64,000 bases of DNA, from NCBI GenBank assembly GCA_964384825.1, contig CAYLMM010000001.1, forward strand, positions 38,552 through 102,551. Reading direction: 5' to 3'. Positions 55,975 to 64,000 of the stretch are shown here, in pieces. The notes beneath the pieces are model-generated. The model was given only the letters and a program-made list of their open reading frames with translations, did no database searches and had not been told where the DNA came from. Source of the DNA: an uncultured Fibrobacteraceae bacterium (lineage in GTDB: Bacteria; Krumholzibacteriota; Krumholzibacteriia; LZORAL124-64-63). Made by a program: the position numbers and the translations under genes. Positions within the stretch are counted from its first letter, which is position 1; each line of letters starts with the position of its first letter.

Positions 55975-57953
55975 GGCAGGCTCCTGAGATGATCGCGGAT
56001 CTCGTCCGCGAAGATGTAATCGGGGTACTGGAGCAGCAGCCGCTCCCACGATGTCCGGGCCTCGGCCGGGCGCCCGGCCCGCTGCAGCAACTCGCCTTCC
56101 AGCGCCAGCGCCGGCGCGGCGTAGGATCCGGCCGGATGATCGCGGACGATGCGGTCGCACTGAACCAGCGCCCCGGCGATGTCGCCGGCGTCGCCGAGCA
56201 GGCCGGCCAATTCGTAGAGGCCGCGCTCGATCAGGGGATTCGATCCTCCGTCTGCGGCCTCGCCGGCCGCGGAATGCTCCGTCCCCACCATCTCGGCCAG
56301 GACCGCCCGCCGGGATTCCGGATCCGCGGTCAAGGCGAACCCGACGCTGCGGGAATAGAGATCCATCAAGGGTCGCGCGACTCCGCCGTCCAGCGCTTCG
56401 GCCGCAAGCAGGCCCAGATCCAAGGCGTCGTTGGCGACGTCGGAATCCGGAGCGTCCAACGCCACGCTGGCGAAGCGGTCGCGGGCTCCATCCCAGTGCC
56501 CCTGCGCCAGATCCAGCCGACCGAGGATGAAATGGGCGACCCCGGCCGCATCGCGATGGTCCGGATCGGCGGCCAGTTCGGCGAGGGACCGGCGCGCCCC
56601 GGCGGTATCGCCCGCCGCCAGGCGGCATTCCCCCCAGGCCAGCCGGGCCAGCGCCACGCCCTCGATCGGCAGATCCAGGTCCGTGAGCAGCCTCTGCAGG
56701 CGCTTCGCCGCCCTTTCGGGCCGCCGCAGGACCTCGCGGTCGTAGCGGGCCAGGGCGATCTGCGCGGTATAGAGATGGCCGCTGCCGGGATTCCCCAGGC
56801 GTACGCGTTCGAGCGCCCGTTCCAGCCGGTCCACGGCCGCTTCGGGGTCGTCGCCGGGAAAATCGAGATCCAGGGCCATGACCGCCGCCCGCGCCAGCAG
56901 ATCGAGGGTCCGCGGGACGCGCCCCGGCGTCAGCCCCCCGCCGTCGGCCAGGCCCTCGAGCATCGCCAGCAGCCAGCGGACGGTCGCGGCCCGGGCTTCG
57001 GGCGATTCGATCAGCGGCGCCTCGCGCAGGGCCACCGACACGTTCTCGAGCAGGAAGATCGCGGCCCGGGGGTCGGCTACCAGCGGCGCGACGGCCGCCT
57101 CGGCCCGATCGGCGTCGCCGAGCCGCAGGGCGAGATCGGCCCGCAGAAGGCGCACGGCCGCGGCCTGGTCCGGAACCGCGTCCAGGGCGTCGGCGGCCCG
57201 CCCGATCCGATCGGGGTCGCGCAGCACCCGGCTCAGTTCGCCGCGCACCAGAGGCAGATTCAAGGGACGGATCGCCAACTCGCCGGCCAGGACCACCGCC
57301 CCCTCCTCGATCCGGTCGAGTTCGATGAGGCAGGCCGCCCGCTGGCGGTCGAGATGATCGGCGGGCGGATGCTCGAGACGCTCCCGGTCGCAAAGCGCCA
57401 AGGCCCGTTCCGGAAAACCCGCCTCGCGCCATTGCCGGACCGCCGAGGTGACGGCCGGTCTGCGGTCCGAACTCATCGCGATCAGCTCATCCAGGACATC
57501 CGCGGCCTCTTCCACGCGCTCCAGCGCGATCAACGAACGCGCCAGCTCCCGGCGCAGCTTGATCGAGGCGGGCGAAGCCAGCAACCCGCGGCGGCTGAGG
57601 TCGACGGCCTGCTGCTCGTCGCCCCGGAGCCGGGCCAGCCGGATACGGCGGCCTACGAGTTGCCCCTGCGGCGCGCCGAGCGCATCGAGACGGGCGAGCA
57701 GAGCCTCGGCGCCGCTGATGTCGCCGCGGCTCAGGGCCCGGTCCAGATCCGGCATCAGCACGCGCCAGTACAGCGGCTTGGTCTGCAAGCCGGGTTTCCG
57801 GCGCACCGCGGATTCCGGTTCGGGTCCGGGCTCGGCCGCGGATTCCGCGCCGGTCGTCGGCACGCCCGGCGACGGCGCCGCGGGGAGCGGGCCGGCCAGC
57901 AGCAACAGGCCGCCGGTCGCGACCAGGAGGGCTACGCGCAGAAATCTTCTCAT
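55971..57953 (-). CDS. Secreted TPR-repeat protein
   Basis: MRRFLRVALLVATGGLLLLAGPLPAAP is a signal peptide. About 660 aa, rich in helical repeats. The ATG overlaps the upstream stop (ATGA). Confidence 0.6.
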   Translation of the reverse strand: MRRFLRVALLVATGGLLLLAGPLPAAPSPGVPTTGAESAAEPGPEPESAVRRKPGLQTKPLYWRVLMPDLDRALSRGDISGAEALLARLDALGAPQGQLVGRRIRLARLRGDEQQAVDLSRRGLLASPASIKLRRELARSLIALERVEEAADVLDELIAMSSDRRPAVTSAVRQWREAGFPERALALCDRERLEHPPADHLDRQRAACLIELDRIEEGAVVLAGELAIRPLNLPLVRGELSRVLRDPDRIGRAADALDAVPDQAAAVRLLRADLALRLGDADRAEAAVAPLVADPRAAIFLLENVSVALREAPLIESPEARAATVRWLLAMLEGLADGGGLTPGRVPRTLDLLARAAVMALDLDFPGDDPEAAVDRLERALERVRLGNPGSGHLYTAQIALARYDREVLRRPERAAKRLQRLLTDLDLPIEGVALARLAWGECRLAAGDTAGARRSLAELAADPDHRDAAGVAHFILGRLDLAQGHWDGARDRFASVALDAPDSDVANDALDLGLLAAEALDGGVARPLMDLYSRSVGFALTADPESRRAVLAEMVGTEHSAAGEAADGGSNPLIERGLYELAGLLGDAGDIAGALVQCDRIVRDHPAGSYAAPALALEGELLQRAGRPAEARTSWERLLLQYPDYIFADEIRDHLRSLP

Positions 57954-60900
57954 CGCGGCGCCTCCCCGGGATTGGCAGGAGGAACCGCCAGCTCTTCGAG
58001 GCTGCGGTAATACCGGCGCACCAGATCGCGGTATTCCAGCGGCACCCGGTCCAGGGAGCGCCGGCGCACACGGGCGGCGGCGGCATCCCGGTCGGATGCG
58101 GAGGGGATCGGGTCGGCGATCTGATCGGAAGCGGCCCCGTCCGCGGAGCGGCTGCGGCGCAGCATCGAGAAATCCCGGCGGCGGACCGAATTGTGGGCGT
58201 CTAGCAGACGCCCGAGAATCCGCTCCTGACGGCGCAGGGTCCTCTCGTCCAGCACGCCCTGGCCGAGATCCCGGGCGACGCTCTCCATCTGTTCGGACAG
58301 ATCGCCCAGATCGCCCAGCATCCTGCGGGCTTCCTCGGGATCGAGCCGGCTCTCGATTTCGGCCTCGCGGGTCTCTTCGGCCAAGGACCGCTGATCGGCC
58401 TGGAGCCTCCTCATGGCGGCGCGCTGCTCCATGTCCGAGGCGTCCCTGCCGTTCATGCCGCGCCGGAGGGCTTCGGCCAACCCGTTGAGGCCGGCCTGCT
58501 TGCCTGCCAGGCGGCGCAGACGTTCGCTCAGCAGCGGCGAAGACCCGGCCCCGCCGCCTCCGCCCGACTCCGCGCTGGTCAGCAGGTTGATCACCAGGGC
58601 GTTCATCGCGCCGAGACCGGCGCGGGCCTCGCGCGCGGCGTCCAGGCCCCATCCCGACTCGAGAAACGAGCGTGATGACTCGACGCGCCCGGCGGCCGCG
58701 TCGAGCCGGCGCAGCAATCCCATCGAGAGCATCGGCGAGGATCCCAGCAGAGTCCGCAGCCCTTCGCGCAACGAGCGCAGGGCCCGCAGGATCCGCGCCT
58801 GGTCGCGGGTCAGCCCCGGTGCGCGCACGTCGCGCAGATTGGCGGGGATGCGGCCGGCCAGGTCCTCCTCGCGCGCGGACAAGGCCAGCACGTCGAAGGC
58901 GATCCGCCGCAGGGTGCCGGCGACCTGCTGCTGCATCCGGGCCTGCATGGCCCGGTCGCCCTGGAGGATGACGCTGTAGAGAGAGGCCAGGCGGCGCATC
59001 GCCTCATGGCGGCTCTCGTCGGATCCCGACCCGCCGGAGCGCATCCGGCCGGCCGTCTCGCGCATGGCCCGGGCGGGATCGCGCTCTTCGAGACGGCGCA
59101 GGGCCTCGGCGAGAGTTTCGCGCAGCGATTCCTCGGCGGGCGAAGAAGATCCGGGGTCTTCGCCGCCGGCGCCCATCTCTTCGAGCTTGGACCGGATGCG
59201 CTCGGCGAGGCGGTCGATCTCCTCGGCCAGGGCCTCCTGACGGCGAGCGGCTTCCTCGTCGGCCGCATTATCGGATTCCCCGTCCCCGCCCGTGTCCGCA
59301 TCCGACGCCGCGGCCTGGTCGATCAGATCCTGCTGCCGGCGCAGCATCTCTTCGAGGGCGCCGGCCATGCCCTCGAGCTCCTGCCGGCCCCGCATCTGCT
59401 CGAGCAGGCTTATGGTGCGGTCGAGACGCTCGATCAGGGCCTGCTGATCGCGGGCCGCCTCGGCGACGGCCTCGCGGATCTCGTCGGGCGTGAGCTTGCC
59501 CATCTCCTCGCGCAGGCTGTCCTGGAGCCGGCGCAATTCCTCGCTGCGCACGTCGGCCAGCAGGTCGGAAACCTCCTGCATCTTCTCCAGAAGCTCCACC
59601 GATGTCTGGTTGCGCAGGGCCATCTCGGACAGACCGTCCTCGAGATCGGCGGCGATCCGGTCCAGTTCCCGCTGCAGTTCGCGTTGGCGCTCGAGCGCCG
59701 TCTCCATCTCCTGACGGCGGGCGAAATCCGGTTCGGGATCCTTCTTGAGCTCGCGGGTGATCCTTTCGAGATCGGCGTCCATGCGGATCGAGCGTTCGCG
59801 CAGTTCCGCCAGGTCGCCGATCCGGCTCTCGTCGGTCTCGGCCCGGGATGCGAGGATCTCGGCCGCCGAGGGCATGACCAGGCGCAGGATCGAACTGCGC
59901 CCGATGCCGGGCGGTCCCGGACGCCGGCGATCGCGGGCCTCGAGCCGCATCAGCAGCACGTCGCCCGGGACGATCTCCAGATCGCCCGTGTCGAAAAGGA
60001 TCCGGCACGATACGCCGAGGCCGTCTTCGGACTCCTCCGCGTCGACCCCGACGCGGACCGGCCCCAGGGCGGTGCGCGACTCGCGGGGCTCGGCGACGCC
60101 CGCCCGCTCGCCGGGTTCGTCGCTCCGGCGCCAGACCGGAATGTCGATCCAGGCGGCCCGATCGTCCCCGCCGGCCGCCTCGACCTCGCCCCGCCGCCGG
60201 AACTGCAGGACCAGGTCGGCCAGGCCGTAATCGTCCTCGGCGACGGCGCCCAGGTCCAGCCGCCCGTCGACCGGCAGCAGACCGGTCCGCTCGGCGCAGG
60301 AGATCCGTGCCGTGGGAGCGGAGTCGGGCAGCAGATCGACCCTGTGGGCCAGGTCCGCGCCGCCGGTCGCGCCGCGCCGGTCGCGCAGCAGCAGATGGAA
60401 TTCCAGAGGGGCGTCGCAGCGCCGCGACCAGCGCAGCGTATCGCCGGCCACCGCCGCCGGCAGGGTGTCGCCGGCCGTGGTCACGGCCGCGGCCGCGGCC
60501 AAGGCCCGGTCCGCAATTCCGCGCAGACGCACGACGCTGCCGGCGGGCGCCTCGATCCTGGCCGGGAAACGGGGCAGGTCGCGCGCGGGCAGACCGGTGT
60601 AGGCCGGCGGCTCGTAGGAGCCGGCGAGTTCCATCAGCAGGGGCGGATGCCGCACGTCGATCCTCGCCTCGGCGGTGACCATGCCGTCGCGGCGGAAGCG
60701 GAAGCGGAAGCTCTCGTCGACATCCTCGACCCTCGCCGTCCAACGCAGGGCGATGCCGGCGGAAGACGTATCGCGGGACGCCGGCAAGGGCCGCCACAGG
60801 CCGCTGCCGCGCCGCACCTCGCAGACGGCGGACTCGCGCGGATCGCCGAAATCCAGCGCCGCGAGCACCACGTCCTCGCCGGCCGCAGCCTCGCGATCCC

Positions 60901-61534
60901 CATCCTGCAGATAGATCCCGGCCGTGGGGGAAAACGCTTCATCACGCAGGGGATGGCACAGACGGTCGATTCCCCGGGCCGAGCCGGCCGGTCCCGCGGA
61001 GATCACCCAGAACGCCAGCGCCGCGCCGCAGATCAGGGCGGCCAGATTCCCTCGGACATCGGGAACGGCCAGCAGCCGGGCCCTGTCGATGGATTCGGAC
61101 CTGTCCGCCGCGACCGCGAAAAGCCGCCGGCGAAGCTCCCCGGCGACGCCTCCGCCCTCGCCCCGGCCTTCGCCCGCCCCCCATCGCCCGGGCCGTCGCG
61201 ACGCCTCTTCGGCCGCCACCAGCAGATTCTGGAAATCCCCGCCGCTCTCGAGCCGCCGGCAGAGGAGCTCGGCCGACCGCAGCCCCCACAGCGGCAGCAG
61301 GACGTCCCGCAACAGCAGCCATCCGGAGAAGACCGACAGCAGGGCCCATGCCGAAAGCTTGCCCGCGACCGAGGAACCGGCCGGCCCGGAGACCAGGACC
61401 GCCGCCGCGACCGCCGCGGCCAGGGTCCCGCCCGCCCACAGCGGAGCTCCGGCGCCCAGCACACGCCACCGCGCCGCGGCGAGATGTCCCCGCAGCGATG
61501 CCTGGAAGCGTTTTCTGTCGCCGGCGGAATCCAC
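57950..61534 (-). CDS. Large membrane-anchored coiled-coil protein. Possibly DUF4175-like, at low certainty.
   Basis: About 1195 aa from a GTG at 61534. There are N-terminal TM helices (LAAAVAAAVLVSG, LSAWALLSVFSGWLLL) and a central region of about 500 aa rich in E/R/L coiled-coil sequence. The gene lies 9 nt after the DUF4159-like gene. Confidence 0.55.
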   Translation of the reverse strand: MDSAGDRKRFQASLRGHLAAARWRVLGAGAPLWAGGTLAAAVAAAVLVSGPAGSSVAGKLSAWALLSVFSGWLLLRDVLLPLWGLRSAELLCRRLESGGDFQNLLVAAEEASRRPGRWGAGEGRGEGGGVAGELRRRLFAVAADRSESIDRARLLAVPDVRGNLAALICGAALAFWVISAGPAGSARGIDRLCHPLRDEAFSPTAGIYLQDGDREAAAGEDVVLAALDFGDPRESAVCEVRRGSGLWRPLPASRDTSSAGIALRWTARVEDVDESFRFRFRRDGMVTAEARIDVRHPPLLMELAGSYEPPAYTGLPARDLPRFPARIEAPAGSVVRLRGIADRALAAAAAVTTAGDTLPAAVAGDTLRWSRRCDAPLEFHLLLRDRRGATGGADLAHRVDLLPDSAPTARISCAERTGLLPVDGRLDLGAVAEDDYGLADLVLQFRRRGEVEAAGGDDRAAWIDIPVWRRSDEPGERAGVAEPRESRTALGPVRVGVDAEESEDGLGVSCRILFDTGDLEIVPGDVLLMRLEARDRRRPGPPGIGRSSILRLVMPSAAEILASRAETDESRIGDLAELRERSIRMDADLERITRELKKDPEPDFARRQEMETALERQRELQRELDRIAADLEDGLSEMALRNQTSVELLEKMQEVSDLLADVRSEELRRLQDSLREEMGKLTPDEIREAVAEAARDQQALIERLDRTISLLEQMRGRQELEGMAGALEEMLRRQQDLIDQAAASDADTGGDGESDNAADEEAARRQEALAEEIDRLAERIRSKLEEMGAGGEDPGSSSPAEESLRETLAEALRRLEERDPARAMRETAGRMRSGGSGSDESRHEAMRRLASLYSVILQGDRAMQARMQQQVAGTLRRIAFDVLALSAREEDLAGRIPANLRDVRAPGLTRDQARILRALRSLREGLRTLLGSSPMLSMGLLRRLDAAAGRVESSRSFLESGWGLDAAREARAGLGAMNALVINLLTSAESGGGGGAGSSPLLSERLRRLAGKQAGLNGLAEALRRGMNGRDASDMEQRAAMRRLQADQRSLAEETREAEIESRLDPEEARRMLGDLGDLSEQMESVARDLGQGVLDERTLRRQERILGRLLDAHNSVRRRDFSMLRRSRSADGAASDQIADPIPSASDRDAAAARVRRRSLDRVPLEYRDLVRRYYRSLEELAVPPANPGEAPR

Positions 61535-61542
61535 TGCGCCTC

Positions 61543-62271
61543 CTAGGGCCCGGTCAGGGCGTACATCAGGATGTTCACGGCCATCCGCGCTGCGGCCTCG
61601 CGCACCGCGGGGGGATCGCCGTGCACGTCGGGATCCTCGAGCCCGTCGCCGATATCGCTGGAATACGAGTAGAAGACCACCATCCGCCCGCCGCGATAGA
61701 CGCCGAAACCCTGCGCCGGCTCGCCGTCGTGCTCGTGGATCTTGGGCAGGCCGTCCAGATCGTAGAAGCTGTGGTAGATGGGATGATCGGCGCCGAGCCG
61801 GATCAGCGGATCGTCGGGAAAGACCCGCTTCATCAGGTCGCGGAAAGCGAGGTCGAGGCCGTAGTTGTCGTCGGCGTAGAGGAATCCCCCGGAATCCAGG
61901 TAGCGGCGCAGGGTCGCGATCTCGTAGGGGTCCAGATCGATGTCGCCGTGGCCGCTCAGGTACAGGAACGGATGGCGGAACAGGTCCTCGCTGTCCAGGC
62001 CGACCACCGCCGCATCCGCGGCGGTCGGGATGCCGGTGCGCGCCGCGAAGAGCTCCAGCCAGTTGGGCAGCGAACTGGGATCGCAGTACCAGTCGCCGCC
62101 GCCGTAATGCAGCCGGGCGATGCCGACCCGGTCGGCGGGCGCGTCGGCCGGCGCGGCGGAGGCCGGAGCCGGCGATCCGAAAACGGCGAACGTCCACAAC
62201 GACGCGGCCAGAAGCGCCGGCGCGATCGCCGGACGCGGGGCGGCGCGGGGCGGACGGACACCGAAGGTCAT
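61543..62271 (-). CDS. Secreted DUF4159-like protein (GDW motif, GATase1-like fold family)
   Basis: MTFGVRPPRAAPRPAIAPALLAASLWTFAVFGSPAPASAA is a signal peptide. Also LHYGGGDWYCDP, and FYSYSSDIGDG. Confidence 0.55.
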   Translation of the reverse strand: MTFGVRPPRAAPRPAIAPALLAASLWTFAVFGSPAPASAAPADAPADRVGIARLHYGGGDWYCDPSSLPNWLELFAARTGIPTAADAAVVGLDSEDLFRHPFLYLSGHGDIDLDPYEIATLRRYLDSGGFLYADDNYGLDLAFRDLMKRVFPDDPLIRLGADHPIYHSFYDLDGLPKIHEHDGEPAQGFGVYRGGRMVVFYSYSSDIGDGLEDPDVHGDPPAVREAAARMAVNILMYALTGP

Positions 62272-62288
62272 GCTCGGGAGCTCCCGGT

Positions 62289-63866
62289 TCAATCGGCGGG
62301 CGGGGCGGCGTCGGCCCGCGGCAGAACGACTTCCGCCACGGCGCCGGAACGGTCCCCGCGATTCCTCAGGCTGATCCGGCCGTTCATCTTCTCCAGGAGA
62401 TTGCGGCATATGGAGAGGCCCAGACCGGTGCCCTGGCTCTTGGTGGAAAAATAGAGATTGAAGAGACGGTCGGCCACTTCGGAGTCCAGCCCCGGACCGT
62501 TGTCCCGCCACAGCAGGGTCACTTCGCGGTCGTCGATGCGCCAGCCCACCACGACCTCCAGCGCCGCGGGATCGCCGACGGCCTGGATCGAATTCTCCAT
62601 CAGGTTGCCCAGGACCTTCTCCAGGGATTCGGCATGAGCCAGCACCGCCGGCACCTCGGCCTCCTCCCACCGCACCCGGGGACCGGCCGCGGCCTCATCG
62701 TCGCCCTGCCGGTAGCGCCCGCAGACCCTGGCGGCCAGTCCGGGCCAGTCCAGGGATTGGCATTCCAGGCGTTCCGGCCGGCCCAGCAGGCTGAATTCGG
62801 TGGCGATCGACCGCAGCAGCGACACCTGTTCGAGAACCTGTCCGACGGTGGACTCGAGGATGCCGTCCATGTCCTCGGCCCGGTCCCGCCAGGCCTGCTG
62901 CAGGAACTGCACCGAAAGCTGGATCGGAGTCAGCGGATTCTTCACCTCGTGGGCGACCTGGCGGGCAAGCTGGGCGTTCAGAGCCAGGCGCTTGTTGGCC
63001 AGGAATTCGGTCACGTCCTCGAAGACCAGCATGGTGTCGCGGCGGCCGCCGGGCAGGTCCAAAGGCGCGATGCGGCCGCGCAGGGTCAGACGCCCGTCCC
63101 AGGCGCGCACCTCGGCCGCGGCCTCGCCTCCCGTCGCCGCGTCGCGGAATTCGGCCAGCAGGCGCGGCGGACGGGCCTCGGTCCCGAGATCGGCTCCGTC
63201 GTAGAAGGCGTCGATGATCCTGCGGGCGGCCGGGTTCAGAGAGACGACATCCTGGTCGTCGGCGTAGACCGCAACGCCCACCGGCACCTTCTCCAGCAGC
63301 GAACTGAGGAATCTCTCGCGCTCGGCCAGGGTGCGCTGGGCGTCACGCAGATCATCGCGCATCCCGCGGAACGAAGCGCTGAGCGTACCCAGTTCGTCCA
63401 GCCCCTCGTCGGGCAGCGGAGCGTCGAAATCCCCCGACGCCAGACGCCGGGTCGCCGCGACCAGCACGCGCACCGGGTCGAAGATCCGCCAGGTCAAAGC
63501 CAGGGCCAGGAACGAGGCGGTCAGGAAGATCAGGGTCGCCAACCCCGCCAGGAACAGGATGATCTGTTCGCGCTGGGCCGAGTATTCGCGCTCGCGAGCC
63601 GGGAAGGTCACCGCCAGCGCCGCCGGGACCTCGCGCAGGGACAGCCGGCCGCCGACGTTCTCGAGGGTCGGCATGGCCAGGATCCCCGTCCAGGCCAGAT
63701 CGCTGCCGGGCAGGCGGTGCAACGAGGTGTTGCCGGGCTGCCGCTGCAGACGGGTCATCACCCCGGGCGGCAGCATCAGGAATCCCGCTCCCGAGAACAC
63801 CCTTTCCGGGTGGCTGGCGTAGAGGGCCTCGCCCGCGACATGGAGCGTCATCTCGCCCTGGATCAC
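62289..63866 (-). CDS. Sensor histidine kinase (periplasmic domain - TM - HAMP - HisKA - HATPase_c). The N-terminus may extend further upstream.
   Basis: HAMP-like segment after the TM helix ILFLAGLATLIFLTASFLALALTW. H-box AHEVKNPLTPI, N-box NLMENSIQAV, G-boxes DNGPGL and GTGLGLSI. The gene ends 17 nt upstream of the DUF4159-like gene. Confidence 0.75.
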   Translation of the reverse strand: MIQGEMTLHVAGEALYASHPERVFSGAGFLMLPPGVMTRLQRQPGNTSLHRLPGSDLAWTGILAMPTLENVGGRLSLREVPAALAVTFPAREREYSAQREQIILFLAGLATLIFLTASFLALALTWRIFDPVRVLVAATRRLASGDFDAPLPDEGLDELGTLSASFRGMRDDLRDAQRTLAERERFLSSLLEKVPVGVAVYADDQDVVSLNPAARRIIDAFYDGADLGTEARPPRLLAEFRDAATGGEAAAEVRAWDGRLTLRGRIAPLDLPGGRRDTMLVFEDVTEFLANKRLALNAQLARQVAHEVKNPLTPIQLSVQFLQQAWRDRAEDMDGILESTVGQVLEQVSLLRSIATEFSLLGRPERLECQSLDWPGLAARVCGRYRQGDDEAAAGPRVRWEEAEVPAVLAHAESLEKVLGNLMENSIQAVGDPAALEVVVGWRIDDREVTLLWRDNGPGLDSEVADRLFNLYFSTKSQGTGLGLSICRNLLEKMNGRISLRNRGDRSGAVAEVVLPRADAAPPAD

Positions 63867-64000
63867 CTCGCCGAGCCCGGGCAGCAGGCCGCCCTCGACC
63901 CGCTGGCGATAGAAGAACAGGCCGTTGCTCGATGGCGCCTCGTGCAGTTCGGCGCCGACGCTGTCGGCGGCCGAGGTCGCCGGGTCGGCGGCGAGGATCC

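Noticed and set aside
62289-63866. Possibility that the last sensor kinase is a pseudogene, because the first residues (MIQGEMTLHVAG) lack a signal or TM segment before the periplasmic-looking domain.
   Set aside because: The ORF track accepts alternative start codons, and the ORF begins at the first start codon after an upstream stop. The single TM plus HAMP, HisKA and HATPase are intact, so this looks like a start-annotation issue rather than gene decay.
1-64000. CRISPR arrays, IS elements, transposases, integrases or prophage genes.
   Set aside because: No repeat-spacer periodicity and no transposase or integrase-like ORF were seen. The only strong repeat is the single 31-bp inverted repeat at 27071-27226.

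Overview
This is a high-GC (about 70%) bacterial chromosomal segment that is densely coded, mostly on the minus strand, with many 4-nt start/stop overlaps. I saw no rRNA, tRNA, CRISPR array, transposase or integrase.

Genes I can support from the sequence, in order:
- a partial TPR-like lipoprotein at the window start;
- a pyrR-pyrB-pyrC pyrimidine operon with an upstream leader hairpin plus U-tract;
- a LysM/TPR lipoprotein and a tRNA-dihydrouridine synthase;
- a two-subunit 2-oxoacid:ferredoxin oxidoreductase (korAB-like) with a terminator;
- a GT4 glycosyltransferase coupled to a C-N hydrolase;
- a glycogen operon built on GH57 enzymes (GH57, GH57 4-alpha-glucanotransferase-like, glgA, glgC, and a small acidic unknown protein);
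- a PEP-CTERM-type polysaccharide deacetylase;
- a ClC channel with CBS domains;
- a fused M16 zinc peptidase;
- a cupin, a flavin reductase, a sensor kinase, a P-loop ATPase and an ACT-like protein;
- a large chemotaxis locus (two MCPs, cheA with tandem HPt domains, cheW, cheR, cheD, an HDOD protein, two cheY-cheX pairs, cheB);
- a four-subunit porCDAB-type oxidoreductase with a terminator;
- aroB and priA;
- a c-di-GMP/two-component cluster (REC, a GAF-HisKA-HATPase-GAF-HD-GYP hybrid kinase, REC, REC-GGDDF);
- tsaD (TTG start), nnr, a HAD hydrolase and a CPBP protease;
- a translationally coupled operon of uncharacterised envelope proteins (DUF4159-like, a roughly 1195-aa membrane coiled-coil protein, a TPR protein, a GATase1-like secreted protein) preceded by a sensor kinase.

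The items I would look at first:
- a perfect 31-bp inverted repeat flanking a 94-nt structured spacer, G-quadruplex-prone on both strands, in an intergenic region;
- the uncharacterised coupled envelope operon;
- the phosphorelay and c-di-GMP cluster, which carries atypical HD-GYP and GGDDF motifs.

Gene boundaries are approximate to a few nucleotides. Products are inferred from motifs I read in the translations, not from database searches.
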